From Candidatus Acidiferrales bacterium (GTDB lineage: Bacteria; Acidobacteriota; Terriglobia; Acidiferrales; UBA7541), in the NCBI GenBank assembly GCA_036279175.1, contig DASUJR010000321.1:23324-87323 (forward strand): a stretch of 64,000 nt of DNA, in the 5' to 3' direction. The translations under genes were made by a program, and so were the position numbers. Of this stretch, positions 16,205-26,439 are shown piece after piece. Within the stretch, counting starts at the first letter, position 1, and each line of letters opens with the position of its first letter. Below the pieces are notes generated by a model, which worked only from the letters and a program-made list of their open reading frames with translations, was not told where the DNA came from and did not search any database.

Positions 16205-18634
16205 GTGTTTGAACGGTATACGGAGAAGGCTCGGCGGGTTATCTTTTTTGCGCGGTATGAGGCAAGCCAGTATGGCAGTCCCTATATCGAGACGGAGCAT
16301 TTGCTGCTCGGCCTACTCCGCGAAGATAAGGTGCTGGCCAATCGTTTTCTGCGGGCCCACGGATCCATCGAATCCATACGTAAAGAGATCGAGTCGCGCA
16401 TTACGGTCCGTGAACGTATTTCAACTTCCGTGGAGGTTCCCCTCAGCCAGGAGTGCAAACGCATCCTCAATTACGCGGCCGAGGAAGCGGAGCGGCTGGG
16501 GAGCAAACACGTCGGGACCGAACATCTTCTCCTCGGAGTTTTGCGCGAAGAGAAGTCGTTCGGGGCTGAGATCCTGTTCGAGCGCGGATTGCGGCTTTCC
16601 ACTGTTCGCGAGGAGTTGACGCGAGGCAGTGGCGGAGAGAAGGTACCCGTGAATCGGCCAAAAGAAGCTTCATTGCTGGCGGAATTCAGCCGTGATTTGA
16701 CGCAAGCGGCGATGGAGGGGCAGCTCGACCCGCTTGTTGGTCGCGAACGCGAACTCGAACGGGCCGTTCAAATCCTCTGCCGCCGCACGAAAAACAATCC
16801 GGTGCTGATCGGCGAGCCTGGGGTGGGAAAGACGGCGATCGTAGAAGGGTTGGCTCAGCGCATCGCCGATGGAGATGTTCCACCGTTCCTGGCCGATAAG
16901 CGCATTCTTTCTCTCGATCTCTCGCTGATCGTTGCCGGAACGAAGTATCGGGGGCAGTTTGAAGAGCGCCTGAAGACCATCATGAAGGAACTGATGGAGA
17001 GCCAGAACGCCATCATCTTCATCGATGAGCTGCACACCCTGGTCGGCGCCGGTTCAGCGGAAGGGTCGTTGGACGCAGCAAATATTCTGAAGCCCGCACT
17101 GAGCCGCGGTGAGATTCAATGCATTGGTGCTACGACGCCCGGGGAATATCGCAAATCGGTCGAGAAGGACCGGTCACTCGAACGCCGCTTCCAAGCCGTG
17201 AAAGTTTCGGCGCCGAACGAAGAAGACGCGATCAAGGTGCTGCAAGGCGTTCGCGACCGGTACGAAAAGTTCCATGCTGTGAGTTATACGGACGAAGCGA
17301 TCCAGTACGCTGTGTACCTCTCGAATCGCTACATTCCGGATCGGTTCCTGCCGGACAAGGCCATCGACCTGCTGGACGAGGCCGGAGCGCGCGTAAAGCT
17401 GCGCCAAGCCATGCTGCCCGACGAAGTTGCAGAAGTGCAGAAGCGCGTGAAATTCATCACGCACCGCATGGAAACGGCGATCGCGAATCACGAGTTCGAA
17501 AAAGCCCGTTTCTATTCCGAAGAGGAGCGCAAAGAAAAAGAACATCTCCGCACGCTGCGAGAGAAATTAAAGATCGACGATTCTTCGACTGGCGTTGTCA
17601 CGCGCGAAGATATAGAAGAAGTGGTTGCGCGCTGGACCGGCATCGCGGTCACCTCGATCAAAGAAGACGAGCAGCAGAAACTGCTTCGGATTGAAGAGGA
17701 ACTGCACCGCCGAATCATCAGTCAGGAGCGTGCCATCACCGCGCTGGCACGCGCGATCCGCCGCAGCCGCGCCGGCCTGAAAGCGCCGGGGCGTCCTGTG
17801 GGCTGCTTCCTTTTCCTGGGCCCGACGGGCGTGGGCAAGACGGAAGTTGCACGCCGACTCTCCGAATTCCTTTTTGGCAGCGAAAAATCACTGATACGTT
17901 TCGATATGTCGGAATATATGGAAAAGCATTCCGTGTCGAAACTGATCGGCGCGCCTCCGGGATATGTCGGCTATGAAGAAGGGGGCCAGCTAACCGAACG
18001 AGTGCGCCGGACGCCCTACTCGATCATACTGCTCGACGAAATCGAGAAGGCACATCCGGACGTTTACAACATCCTGCTGCAGGTTTTCGAAGACGGGCAG
18101 TTGACCGACGGCCTGGGCAACACCGTCGATTTTCGCAATACGATCATCATTCTCACATCGAACATCGGCGCCCGGCAGTTGCAGAAACAGGCTGGGCTCG
18201 GGTTCGTGTCTGCGGATGAACTGATCGCGGCCAGAAGTCAGGACGACATGGTGATGGGCGAAGTGAAGCGCGTGTTCAATCCTGAATTCCTGAACCGCCT
18301 CGATGAAGTGATTCTCTTCAATTCGCTCACCGATGACGATCTGCTGCACATCATCGAACTCCTTGTTGGCCAGATCAACGAGACCCTGGTGCACCGGCAA
18401 GTGCAGATTACCGCCACGCCGGAAGCATGCCGGTGGATTCTCGAGAAAACTTGCAAGGATCGGAATTATGGCGCGCGGCCGCTCCGGCGCGCTTTGCAGA
18501 AGTACGTCGAAGACCCACTGTCGGAAGCCCTGATCCAGGGCGGACTCCAGAGACCCGCCACACTGGAAGTTTATCTCGCTGGCGACGGTCTTTCCTTCCG
18601 CCCTGTGGTTGAAGCAACCCCGGTGGCCCACTAA
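16205..18634 (+). CDS. clpC: AAA+ Clp chaperone ATPase, ClpC type
   Basis: Duplicated Clp_N repeat (TEHLLLGLLRE, TEHLLLGVLRE), two Walker A sites (GEPGVGKTAI, GPTGVGKTEV), UVR-like FEKARFYSEEE, 809 aa. GTG start lies 3 nt after the lolD stop. Confidence 0.85.
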   Translation: MFERYTEKARRVIFFARYEASQYGSPYIETEHLLLGLLREDKVLANRFLRAHGSIESIRKEIESRITVRERISTSVEVPLSQECKRILNYAAEEAERLGSKHVGTEHLLLGVLREEKSFGAEILFERGLRLSTVREELTRGSGGEKVPVNRPKEASLLAEFSRDLTQAAMEGQLDPLVGRERELERAVQILCRRTKNNPVLIGEPGVGKTAIVEGLAQRIADGDVPPFLADKRILSLDLSLIVAGTKYRGQFEERLKTIMKELMESQNAIIFIDELHTLVGAGSAEGSLDAANILKPALSRGEIQCIGATTPGEYRKSVEKDRSLERRFQAVKVSAPNEEDAIKVLQGVRDRYEKFHAVSYTDEAIQYAVYLSNRYIPDRFLPDKAIDLLDEAGARVKLRQAMLPDEVAEVQKRVKFITHRMETAIANHEFEKARFYSEEERKEKEHLRTLREKLKIDDSSTGVVTREDIEEVVARWTGIAVTSIKEDEQQKLLRIEEELHRRIISQERAITALARAIRRSRAGLKAPGRPVGCFLFLGPTGVGKTEVARRLSEFLFGSEKSLIRFDMSEYMEKHSVSKLIGAPPGYVGYEEGGQLTERVRRTPYSIILLDEIEKAHPDVYNILLQVFEDGQLTDGLGNTVDFRNTIIILTSNIGARQLQKQAGLGFVSADELIAARSQDDMVMGEVKRVFNPEFLNRLDEVILFNSLTDDDLLHIIELLVGQINETLVHRQVQITATPEACRWILEKTCKDRNYGARPLRRALQKYVEDPLSEALIQGGLQRPATLEVYLAGDGLSFRPVVEATPVAH

Positions 18635-18705
18635 GAATCCCACACGCAAGCCGGAGGGGAGCATTCCGGCGGGGAGCAAGAAATCTTGGGCGGAATACTG
18701 CGGCC

Positions 18706-21648
18706 TTGAGTCCAACCATGGCCGCCGGCAGAAAAATTGTTCTGCGTCTGATCGGGCTTTTCGCGACGGTATGTTTGCTTTTCGCAGCTCAAGCGGTGTG
18801 GGCTCAAGAACCTCAAGCGAGCGCCACAAACCAGTCCGTGATCGCGCGCATCGAATTCGTCGGCAACCGGCGCGTCGCAACGGACACGCTGCGTGGCCGC
18901 ATCACCTCGCGTCCAGGCGATCCCTATAACCCCGACGCGCTACGCCGCGATTTCGAGGCGCTGTGGAACACACAGTTTTTCGACGACATCCGCCTGGTAG
19001 TCGAAGATTCCCCCAATAATCCGAACGCCAAAATCGTGATTTTCTACGTCACGGAGCGCCCGATTATCCGCCGCATCGAGTACTGTGAAGGCAGCGGCAC
19101 CAGTTGCGGCGGGCTGAAGACCATCACGGAATCGGATATTCTGGACGCCTACAAAGATAAGAAGGTCGGCCTGACGGTCGAAAGTCAGTTCGATCCAACG
19201 AAGGTGACGCGCGCCGCCGTGGTGATCAAGGAACTGCTCGCTGCGCACGGACGCCAGTTCGCGACGGTGAAGCCGACCTATGAGAAGATTCCGGCGAGCG
19301 AAGCGGTCAAGCTGGTCTTTCACATCGACGAAGGGCCGACGGTGAAGGTCGGGGAAATCACGATCAAGGGCAATAAGGCGTTTTCCGATAAGCGCATCAT
19401 CCGCACCATGCGCAACGACCGGCCTTACGCGATCCCGCTCTATTTCACTTACATTCCGATCATGCCAAAGACGTTCGACCGGCCCAAACTAGACGAAGAC
19501 ATAGGCGTCGGCATCATGGGGCTATACCAGGACAACGGCTACTTCCGGACCGACGTGAACGTGACCAGCACGAAAACGGTCGACGTTAACAAGGCCGGGA
19601 TCCCCGGCCCGTGGCCGTTGATTGGCGCGAGACACGAGAAGGCCACCAATATCACGCTGACAATCGACGAAGGCCAGCAATACCGGATGGGCACCCTCAC
19701 TTTCCGCAGCGCCGATCCGGACGAGGGCCTGGTTTTCAAAGCCGCGTACCTTGCCACTCTTTTTCCCATGAAACCGGGCGACATCTTTTCGACTAAGAAG
19801 CTGCGGGATTCGTTCAAGACTTACAAGGACGTATACGGTCAGTACGGCTACATCGATTTCACGCCTGATCCGCATTTCGACATCGACGATACGAAGAAAG
19901 TGGTCAACCTGACCTTGGCGATGGATCAGGAAAAGCAATACTATGTGCGGCGCATCAATTTTGAAGGCAACACGACGACGCGAGACAGAGTGATTCGCCG
20001 CGAGTTGCTGCTGGACGAGGGGCAGGTCTTCAATCAGCGATATTGGGACCTCAGCATTCTACGACTCAATCAGCTGAACTATTTCGATAAGATCAAGCCC
20101 GAAGACGCCGAATTGAAGCGCAACTCCAAGACGGGATCCGTGGATATCCTCGTCAAATTGAAGGAAAAGCAGAAACAGTCCATCAGCTTCTCAGGCGGCG
20201 TCAGCGGGCTGGCCGGGAGCTTCGTCGGGCTTTCCTATCAGACGAACAATTTTCTCGGCCTGGGGGAGACCCTCACCGTTTCCGCGCAAATCGGCGACAT
20301 CCAGAAGAGCATCTTGTTCGGTTTTACGGAGCCTTACCTTTTCGACCGGCCGATTTCCAGCGGGTTCACGGTGTTCGACAATGAGTTCAATTACAACACG
20401 GCACGCGAGACCGGACTGCTTCTGGGCACCGAGGTAGCGATCAATCCCGCGCTTCAGGAAAACTACACGAACGACTCGAAAGGTTTTACTGCCTTCGCCA
20501 GCTATCCAATGCGAAAGTTTTCGTTCGCGCGTTTGGGGTTGACCTACGGCTGGTCGACCACAAACATCACGGCGTTCAGCCAATCCGCGCAACTGCTCTT
20601 CGAGTTCACGCAATTCCGCAGTCTCGCCGGTCCATCGGCACTGCAAGGAATTCGCGAGAGCTACGTCATGCCCTCGCTCTCCTACAACCACGTGGACAGC
20701 CCGATCAATCCGACGCGGGGCCTCGAATATTCATTCAGCGAGCGGTTTGAAGGCGGGCCACTGCAGGGCAACGTCAATTCGGCTGAAGAACTCTTCACGA
20801 TGAGCTATTTCCGTCCGAATCGCCGCCGAAACGTCATCGCGTTGCACTTCCAGGGAGCGACGATCTCTGGTTACGGCGGCAAAAATGCACCTCCGTACAA
20901 CAAGTTCTACATGGGCGGCGAATACGACGTCCGTGGGTTCGAGGCATTCACTATTTCGCCTTTCGTGGCCATTCCCAACCTCGGCAGCGCGCCGATCGCG
21001 TACACCGATCCGACGAAGCTCGGGAGCAACGGGCAGCCCAGCACCGTACTGATCAACGTTCCGACGTTGCAATACGTGCCCACGCGACCGGGTGGCGATA
21101 CGCAAGCGTACGCCAACATGGAGTACCGCATTCCGATTTACGCGCAAGGGAACTCCTACGTTGGCGTTTCGATGTTCAACGATATCGGAATCGACGGAAT
21201 CCTGTGGAAAAATCAGCTCTCGCTGGATCCTTCGGCGGTGACCACCTTACAACAGGAATATCCGAATCCTGATTTCCCGGGTCTGCGGATCGGAAGCCGT
21301 TTGCCGATTATTTCGGGAACAAATTTCGCGCCACACGGTTCGGCGGGCGTGGAACTCGATCTTCAACTGCCGATCATCCAGGCGCCGTTCCGCTTCTATT
21401 GGGCATACAACTACGCGAGACTTAACAGCACTATTGAGGGGCCGCTAGTCACAGATGCCAATAATACCGCTTTGCCCGGCGCCTATTATCTGAGCGACTC
21501 GCAGAAATCGGCGTTGCCGTATGGCGTGCTGCAGACACAAATCGTCCCTGAACTCGAGCAGTTCTTGCGCTTGCAGCAACTGAAACTGCCGTCGTCGCTG
21601 ATCGAGGAAAAGAGCGTATTTCGGTTTACGGTCAGCCGGACGTTCTAG
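18706..21648 (+). CDS. bamA: outer membrane protein assembly factor BamA (POTRA repeats + Omp85 barrel)
   Basis: Signal peptide LIGLFATVCLLFAAQAVWAQ. POTRA-type IEFVGNRRVATDTLRGRITSRPGDPYNPDALRRDFEALWNTQFFDDIRL and INFEGNTTTRDRVIRRELLLDEGQVFN. C-terminal aromatic end RFTVSRTF. An alternative ATG start is at 18718. Confidence 0.85.
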   Translation: MSPTMAAGRKIVLRLIGLFATVCLLFAAQAVWAQEPQASATNQSVIARIEFVGNRRVATDTLRGRITSRPGDPYNPDALRRDFEALWNTQFFDDIRLVVEDSPNNPNAKIVIFYVTERPIIRRIEYCEGSGTSCGGLKTITESDILDAYKDKKVGLTVESQFDPTKVTRAAVVIKELLAAHGRQFATVKPTYEKIPASEAVKLVFHIDEGPTVKVGEITIKGNKAFSDKRIIRTMRNDRPYAIPLYFTYIPIMPKTFDRPKLDEDIGVGIMGLYQDNGYFRTDVNVTSTKTVDVNKAGIPGPWPLIGARHEKATNITLTIDEGQQYRMGTLTFRSADPDEGLVFKAAYLATLFPMKPGDIFSTKKLRDSFKTYKDVYGQYGYIDFTPDPHFDIDDTKKVVNLTLAMDQEKQYYVRRINFEGNTTTRDRVIRRELLLDEGQVFNQRYWDLSILRLNQLNYFDKIKPEDAELKRNSKTGSVDILVKLKEKQKQSISFSGGVSGLAGSFVGLSYQTNNFLGLGETLTVSAQIGDIQKSILFGFTEPYLFDRPISSGFTVFDNEFNYNTARETGLLLGTEVAINPALQENYTNDSKGFTAFASYPMRKFSFARLGLTYGWSTTNITAFSQSAQLLFEFTQFRSLAGPSALQGIRESYVMPSLSYNHVDSPINPTRGLEYSFSERFEGGPLQGNVNSAEELFTMSYFRPNRRRNVIALHFQGATISGYGGKNAPPYNKFYMGGEYDVRGFEAFTISPFVAIPNLGSAPIAYTDPTKLGSNGQPSTVLINVPTLQYVPTRPGGDTQAYANMEYRIPIYAQGNSYVGVSMFNDIGIDGILWKNQLSLDPSAVTTLQQEYPNPDFPGLRIGSRLPIISGTNFAPHGSAGVELDLQLPIIQAPFRFYWAYNYARLNSTIEGPLVTDANNTALPGAYYLSDSQKSALPYGVLQTQIVPELEQFLRLQQLKLPSSLIEEKSVFRFTVSRTF

Positions 21649-21716
21649 GAGCATCCGATCTTATCGTTGGGAAGCGAAGCTGTGGAACCGGGCTGATTAG
21701 CGAGAACAACAGATCA

Positions 21717-24700
21717 ATGCGAACCAAGAACATACAGACAGCTGCAGGGAGTTTGGCGGGACTCGAACGACGCAATCGCGTTCGGAGTAGCATGCAAAGA
21801 GTTCACGATGGACTTTGGCTCAAGCCACAGAAGCAGACGAAGGACTCGACGACGAGGGCGACGCGATTTACCGCTGTCGTGCTTTTCGCGCTGATGCCGC
21901 TCGTTGCGGTTTTGTCTGGGTGCGGCGGGAACAGCACGACCGCGGCGGTATCCATCTCGGCTGCAGGTCAGGCGGCCAGCGTTGGAGGGTCGCCGCAAGC
22001 GCCGGTAACCGTATTTCAAAACGATACGATTACGTTCAACGCGACGGTTTCGGGTATTTCGACCACGACCGTGTACTGGCAGATCTGCCTGCCGGAGCCT
22101 CCGACCAGCCCACTTACGCCTCCCACGTCCTGCACTCCTATTCCAGGCGTGACGACGACCAACAGCTCCGGGAACCTGAGCGGCTACGGCCTAATTACAC
22201 AAGATGGCGTCTACAAGGCGCCGCCCGCATTGCCGGAAACGAATCCTTTCGAGATCATCGCGACCAGCACGGTTGATTCAACGGCTTTTGGCGCAATCTA
22301 CGTCAAGATCGATTCCGGCATTCGGATTCAGATGATTCCCACAGTCGCCACGATCGGCAGTGGCGAACAATACGCGATTGTTGCCAATGTAACCGGGAGT
22401 TCGAATACGGCTGTGACCTGGAGCGTCGCAGACACTGCCGGCGGGAACGCTCAGGTGGGAACGATCGTTGCCGGAGGTCCAATGTGCCAGCCTCCACTTG
22501 GGCCGCCGCTGACGCTCACGGCGGGCGAAACTTGCGCGACGTTTACCGCGCCAACGACGACGTCGGGCACCTCGGCGACCGTAACCGCCACTTCGTCTGC
22601 CGACCCCTCTCAATCGGCGCAGACAGCACTTACGATCGCGAGCGGTGTCGATCCGGCAATTGCATCGATTCAGCCGAGCACGGCCCAACAGGGCTCGGCG
22701 CAGCAGGACATCTACATCAAGGGGAGCGACCTTCTATCCACGAGCACGGTTCTGGTCAACAACACTCCTACTCCTGCGACGTGGCTCAGCACGAGTTTGA
22801 TGCGAGTGACGATTCCGGCGTCATTGCTGACGCAAACCGGCTCCTTGCCTATCGTGGTTCAAAGTCAGAATGGGGACGTGAGTTTGGCCGCCACGCTTAC
22901 CGTTTCGGCTGAGCGGCCGTCAGTCGTGGCTTCTTCGCCCGACAGCGTGATTACCACGGCCCAAGCGTTTAGCGTGAATCTCACGGGCGGATATTTTTCG
23001 CCATCCGCCACATCGGCTACTTTCAACGGATTCCCTGGCACGGCGAATCCCGGCACACCGCTTGCACTGACGTTCACCAGCAGCCGACAAATCGCGGCGG
23101 GGATGCCTGCCGGCGCGCTCTCGACGCCCGGCCTTTATCCGATCGTCGTACAGAACAGCGGGCTCGCGGCCGGCGCGCCGTCTACGTCGTTTACGAATAT
23201 AGCCGTGACCCCGGGGGCCGGCTCAGTATCGAGTTCTCCAACCGCTACGATTGCCGTTGGCACCAGCCCTTCGGCAATTGCCGTTGACCAAGCGGAGGGC
23301 CTGGCGGTCGTCGCCAATACAGGCGCGAATTCCGTGTCGATCATCAACCTCGCAACGAATGCCGTCGTCAGCACAGTTGCAGTGGGCAACGCTCCAACGG
23401 GAGTTGCTGTCGACGACGCTTTGGTTGCACCACTCCACAGCATCGCAGTTGTGGTAAACAGCGGAGACGGCACGCTTTCGACCATCGATCTGACAACGGA
23501 CGCGGTCACGTCCACGTTGACGCTTCCAGCACTTCCTATGCCGCAGCCGAACCAACTGCCGCATCCGTACTACTCAATCGGCATCAATCCCGCTACGCAC
23601 CGCGGGATCGTGGCGATCTCATCCACAAACGTTGCGGCAATATTCGACACGGCCACCGGGTCGGCGGCTCCGCCGGCAGGCGATCCGCAGGTTCCGCTGA
23701 TCGGCGGGGAGCCGGTGGGCGGAGTGGCGAACTATGGTACTGGGCCAAATCCGCAGATCGCCATCGATCCCAGACTGAACTGGGCTATCGTGACCGCAGG
23801 CGGCGGCGGGATTCCGATCGTGAATATGGTTGATCTTGGCCACGATGCATCGGCGACCGACCCTGTGCGGGCGCCGAACCCGTTTGGCAGCTTGTCGCTT
23901 GGCTCTGAGGTTGAGGGCGTGGGCGTGAATCCCGAAACGCACCAGGTGCTAATCACCACGCCACAGGGGGGCAGTTTCACAACGTTTAGCCTGCTCGACC
24001 AGACGGTGAGCAATATTCCCTTCACCTACCAGAATATCAATGTGAATGAGCCAGACTATGTGGCTGCGGCCGTCAGCGCGCTGCCGAATATCGGCGTCGC
24101 GGTCAATCAGAACTCGAACACGGCGGCGATTCTCGACCTGCAAAACCATCTCGTGATCCAGAAGGTTACCGTCGGTGGTGGTCCGATTGCCGTTGCTGTC
24201 GACCCGGCGACAAATGAAGCGCTCGTCGCGAACCAAACGGACGGAACGGTATCGGTCCTATCATTGGGCACAGTGCGTTCGAGCGCGTCTGGTTCATCGC
24301 AGGCCCCGCAAATCACGCTATCCGCGCCGGAAATTGGCTATGTTTCGCCTACTCCGTTCAACTTGACGGTGAATGGCGGCGGATTCCAGAGCGGTGCGCA
24401 GGTTTATCTGGACGGCACTCCGTTAACCACAATTTCGGGAACGAGCAGGCAGATTGTTGCGCAGGTCCCCGCGACAATGCTGACTTCCCCGCGCCGCTAC
24501 GCTGTGTACGTGCAGAACCCAACCCAATCCGCCATCTCGAATATCGAAGACCTGACGGTTGTGCAAGCCGTTCCAGTTGGCGCGCAGCCTTTCGGGGTTG
24601 CGATCGATACAAATTGCGATGTCGCGGCCGTGACGAATAATGGCGACAGCACGGTTTCGATTGTCGCTCTTACCGCGAATTCGAATGGATTGGGCTGCGT

Positions 24701-25577
24701 AAACTCCGGGACGATTGGCACCGTCGGACCCGCATTCTCGGTGGGTACAGCACCCGAAGGAATCGCCATCGATCCGATTCTTGGAATGGCTGTAACGGCG
24801 AATGCTGAGAGCGGGGACGCCAGCATTGTGGATCTGACGGAGACGAATCCACCGCACGATTTTGCTCTCTCGTGCTCCGGCTGTACGAACATCACGGGCG
24901 TAGGAGTCAACCTCGACACGGGGGTCGCTTATGTGACGGGCCAAACGATGACGAATCCAACTACCGGCGTTCCGGAAGGCTGGCTTTCCGAGATTAGTTT
25001 GCCCTCGACGGGTATTCCAGCGAATGCCACTGCGGCGGGCGCTATCGCGGGTCTCGACGCAACGCCGCAGGCGGTTGCAGTTGACCCATATTTCGACTAT
25101 CTCGGAATCGCCGTTGGAGCTGCACTCGGCAATACCAACACCGTTGACGTCTACAACCTTCAACAACCGGGCCAGATTGCGAGGCCGGGAGGGTTCAATC
25201 TGCCAACGGGAATCATTTTCGATCCCGTGAATCAGGTGTTCGTCGCGGCCAACAGCCTGCAGAACAACGTTGGCTTTGTCGATCCAATTACGGGCATTGC
25301 AAGCTTCGCGCAGGTGGGAATGAACCCGACCGCGCTCGACTATAACTACCAAACGAGCACGCTGGTCACCTCCAATTCTGCGAGCTCGACGTTGTCGATC
25401 ATTGATTACGTTTGCCCGCCCGGAATAGGAACGGGCTGCTCGGCGGCGACGCAGGTTCGCGATATATTGGGCCTTGGCGGATCAACCGCGTTTTCGGTCG
25501 CGGTCGATCCGAAACTCAATATGGCGGTCTTGACAGACAACAAAAACAATCGCGTCCTGCTGATTCCCCTGCCCTAA
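21717..25577 (+). CDS. very large lipoprotein with IPT/TIG-like domains and YVTN-type beta-propeller repeats
   Basis: Lipobox LVAVLSGCGG (likely start ATG 21792). Three IPT-like modules (e.g. PAIASIQPSTAQQGSAQQDIYIKGSDLL...PIVVQSQNG; PEIGYVSPTPFNLTVNGGGFQSGAQVYLDGTPL). Many YVTN-like repeats (VGTSPSAIAVDQAEGLAVVANTGANSVSIINLATNAVVSTVAVGNAPTGVAVD; VGGGPIAVAVDPATNEALVANQTDGTVSVL; VGAQPFGVAIDTNCDVAAVTNNGDSTVSIV). Confidence 0.75.
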   Translation: MRTKNIQTAAGSLAGLERRNRVRSSMQRVHDGLWLKPQKQTKDSTTRATRFTAVVLFALMPLVAVLSGCGGNSTTAAVSISAAGQAASVGGSPQAPVTVFQNDTITFNATVSGISTTTVYWQICLPEPPTSPLTPPTSCTPIPGVTTTNSSGNLSGYGLITQDGVYKAPPALPETNPFEIIATSTVDSTAFGAIYVKIDSGIRIQMIPTVATIGSGEQYAIVANVTGSSNTAVTWSVADTAGGNAQVGTIVAGGPMCQPPLGPPLTLTAGETCATFTAPTTTSGTSATVTATSSADPSQSAQTALTIASGVDPAIASIQPSTAQQGSAQQDIYIKGSDLLSTSTVLVNNTPTPATWLSTSLMRVTIPASLLTQTGSLPIVVQSQNGDVSLAATLTVSAERPSVVASSPDSVITTAQAFSVNLTGGYFSPSATSATFNGFPGTANPGTPLALTFTSSRQIAAGMPAGALSTPGLYPIVVQNSGLAAGAPSTSFTNIAVTPGAGSVSSSPTATIAVGTSPSAIAVDQAEGLAVVANTGANSVSIINLATNAVVSTVAVGNAPTGVAVDDALVAPLHSIAVVVNSGDGTLSTIDLTTDAVTSTLTLPALPMPQPNQLPHPYYSIGINPATHRGIVAISSTNVAAIFDTATGSAAPPAGDPQVPLIGGEPVGGVANYGTGPNPQIAIDPRLNWAIVTAGGGGIPIVNMVDLGHDASATDPVRAPNPFGSLSLGSEVEGVGVNPETHQVLITTPQGGSFTTFSLLDQTVSNIPFTYQNINVNEPDYVAAAVSALPNIGVAVNQNSNTAAILDLQNHLVIQKVTVGGGPIAVAVDPATNEALVANQTDGTVSVLSLGTVRSSASGSSQAPQITLSAPEIGYVSPTPFNLTVNGGGFQSGAQVYLDGTPLTTISGTSRQIVAQVPATMLTSPRRYAVYVQNPTQSAISNIEDLTVVQAVPVGAQPFGVAIDTNCDVAAVTNNGDSTVSIVALTANSNGLGCVNSGTIGTVGPAFSVGTAPEGIAIDPILGMAVTANAESGDASIVDLTETNPPHDFALSCSGCTNITGVGVNLDTGVAYVTGQTMTNPTTGVPEGWLSEISLPSTGIPANATAAGAIAGLDATPQAVAVDPYFDYLGIAVGAALGNTNTVDVYNLQQPGQIARPGGFNLPTGIIFDPVNQVFVAANSLQNNVGFVDPITGIASFAQVGMNPTALDYNYQTSTLVTSNSASSTLSIIDYVCPPGIGTGCSAATQVRDILGLGGSTAFSVAVDPKLNMAVLTDNKNNRVLLIPLP

Positions 25578-25696
25578 CGCCGCGGTGCCACAGCCGGGCT
25601 GGGCCAACCTAGCCGCGTGTGGTCGCATCCGATGTAGGCAAGCGAGCGTGTGGGGCGAACCTAAAGCTGCGGCTGTCCCGAGCACCCGAATTCAGA

Positions 25697-25726
25697 TTGA
25701 CCCGTTTTCCAGGTCGCGGCTATAAT
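25697..25726 (+). promoter_or_regulatory. sigma70-type promoter candidate for skp (TTGACC-18-TATAAT)
   Basis: TTGACC at 25697-25702 and TATAAT at 25721-25726, 45 nt upstream of the skp ATG, which has SD GAAGGAG. Confidence 0.55.
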
Positions 25727-25771
25727 GCGCGATTCGCGTTTAACCGAATTTTCGAGAAGGAGTCAAGCATC

Positions 25772-26356
25772 ATGAGGAATCATCTGGCAGTCGCGGCTCT
25801 GGCAGCCGCCATGCTCGTACCAGCGGCGTGGGCGCAGGCTGGAGCACGGACCAGCGATCCGTCGCCTAACAAAGTTGGCGTGCTGAACATGCAGGTGGCG
25901 ATCACCAGCACCGCGGAAGGGAAGCAGGACGCCGGCGAATTGAACGCCAAGTTCGCTCCCCGGCAGCAGGAAATCCAGAACCTGCAGAAGCAGCTTCAGG
26001 ATATCCAGACCCGGCTGCAGACGACCGCGAATACGCTCTCCGATGCCGAGAAATACCGCTTGGCCGATGAAGGGAATAGGCTTCAGCGCGAGGTGCAGCG
26101 GAAGCAGCAGGAAGCGCGCGACGATTTTCAGGACGCCCAAGAGGACATGATCAATCAGCTTGGCCACAAACTGATGACCGTGCTGGACAAGTATTCCCAG
26201 CAGAACGGCTACGCCGTCGTCATCGACACTTCGTCGCAGCAGACGCCCGTGATTTACGCGGCGACCGGAATCAACATCACCGAGGACATCGTCAAGCTGT
26301 ACGATCAGACTTATCCGGTGAAGTCGGCGAGCGCGTCAGCCACAAAGAAGCCGTAG
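25772..26356 (+). CDS. skp: periplasmic chaperone Skp (OmpH family)
   Basis: ATG at 25772 with SD GAAGGAG (25757-25763). Signal peptide MRNHLAVAALAAAMLVPAAWAQ. OmpH-like KVGVLNMQVAITSTAEGK and a long coiled coil (QQEIQNLQKQLQDIQTRLQ...). The listed ORF start at 25619 was rejected. Confidence 0.8.
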   Translation: MRNHLAVAALAAAMLVPAAWAQAGARTSDPSPNKVGVLNMQVAITSTAEGKQDAGELNAKFAPRQQEIQNLQKQLQDIQTRLQTTANTLSDAEKYRLADEGNRLQREVQRKQQEARDDFQDAQEDMINQLGHKLMTVLDKYSQQNGYAVVIDTSSQQTPVIYAATGINITEDIVKLYDQTYPVKSASASATKKP

Positions 26357-26439
26357 GCGCCATTTCATTGCGAGGCGCCGGTCGCGGTGCGACTGCTCTT
26401 GCTCTGCGGCATGGCTGGATCGGATCGTGCGAACCCGGG

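Noticed and set aside
25619-25771. 51-codon extension at the 5' end of skp
   Set aside because: The extension would run through the TTGACC-18-TATAAT promoter and the GAAGGAG ribosome-binding site. The signal peptide begins at ATG 25772.
26357-26439. GGCGCC-n12-GGCGCC palindrome after skp as a terminator
   Set aside because: It is a 6-bp self-complementary hexamer pair without a U-tract on either strand. It could be structural, but the evidence is insufficient.
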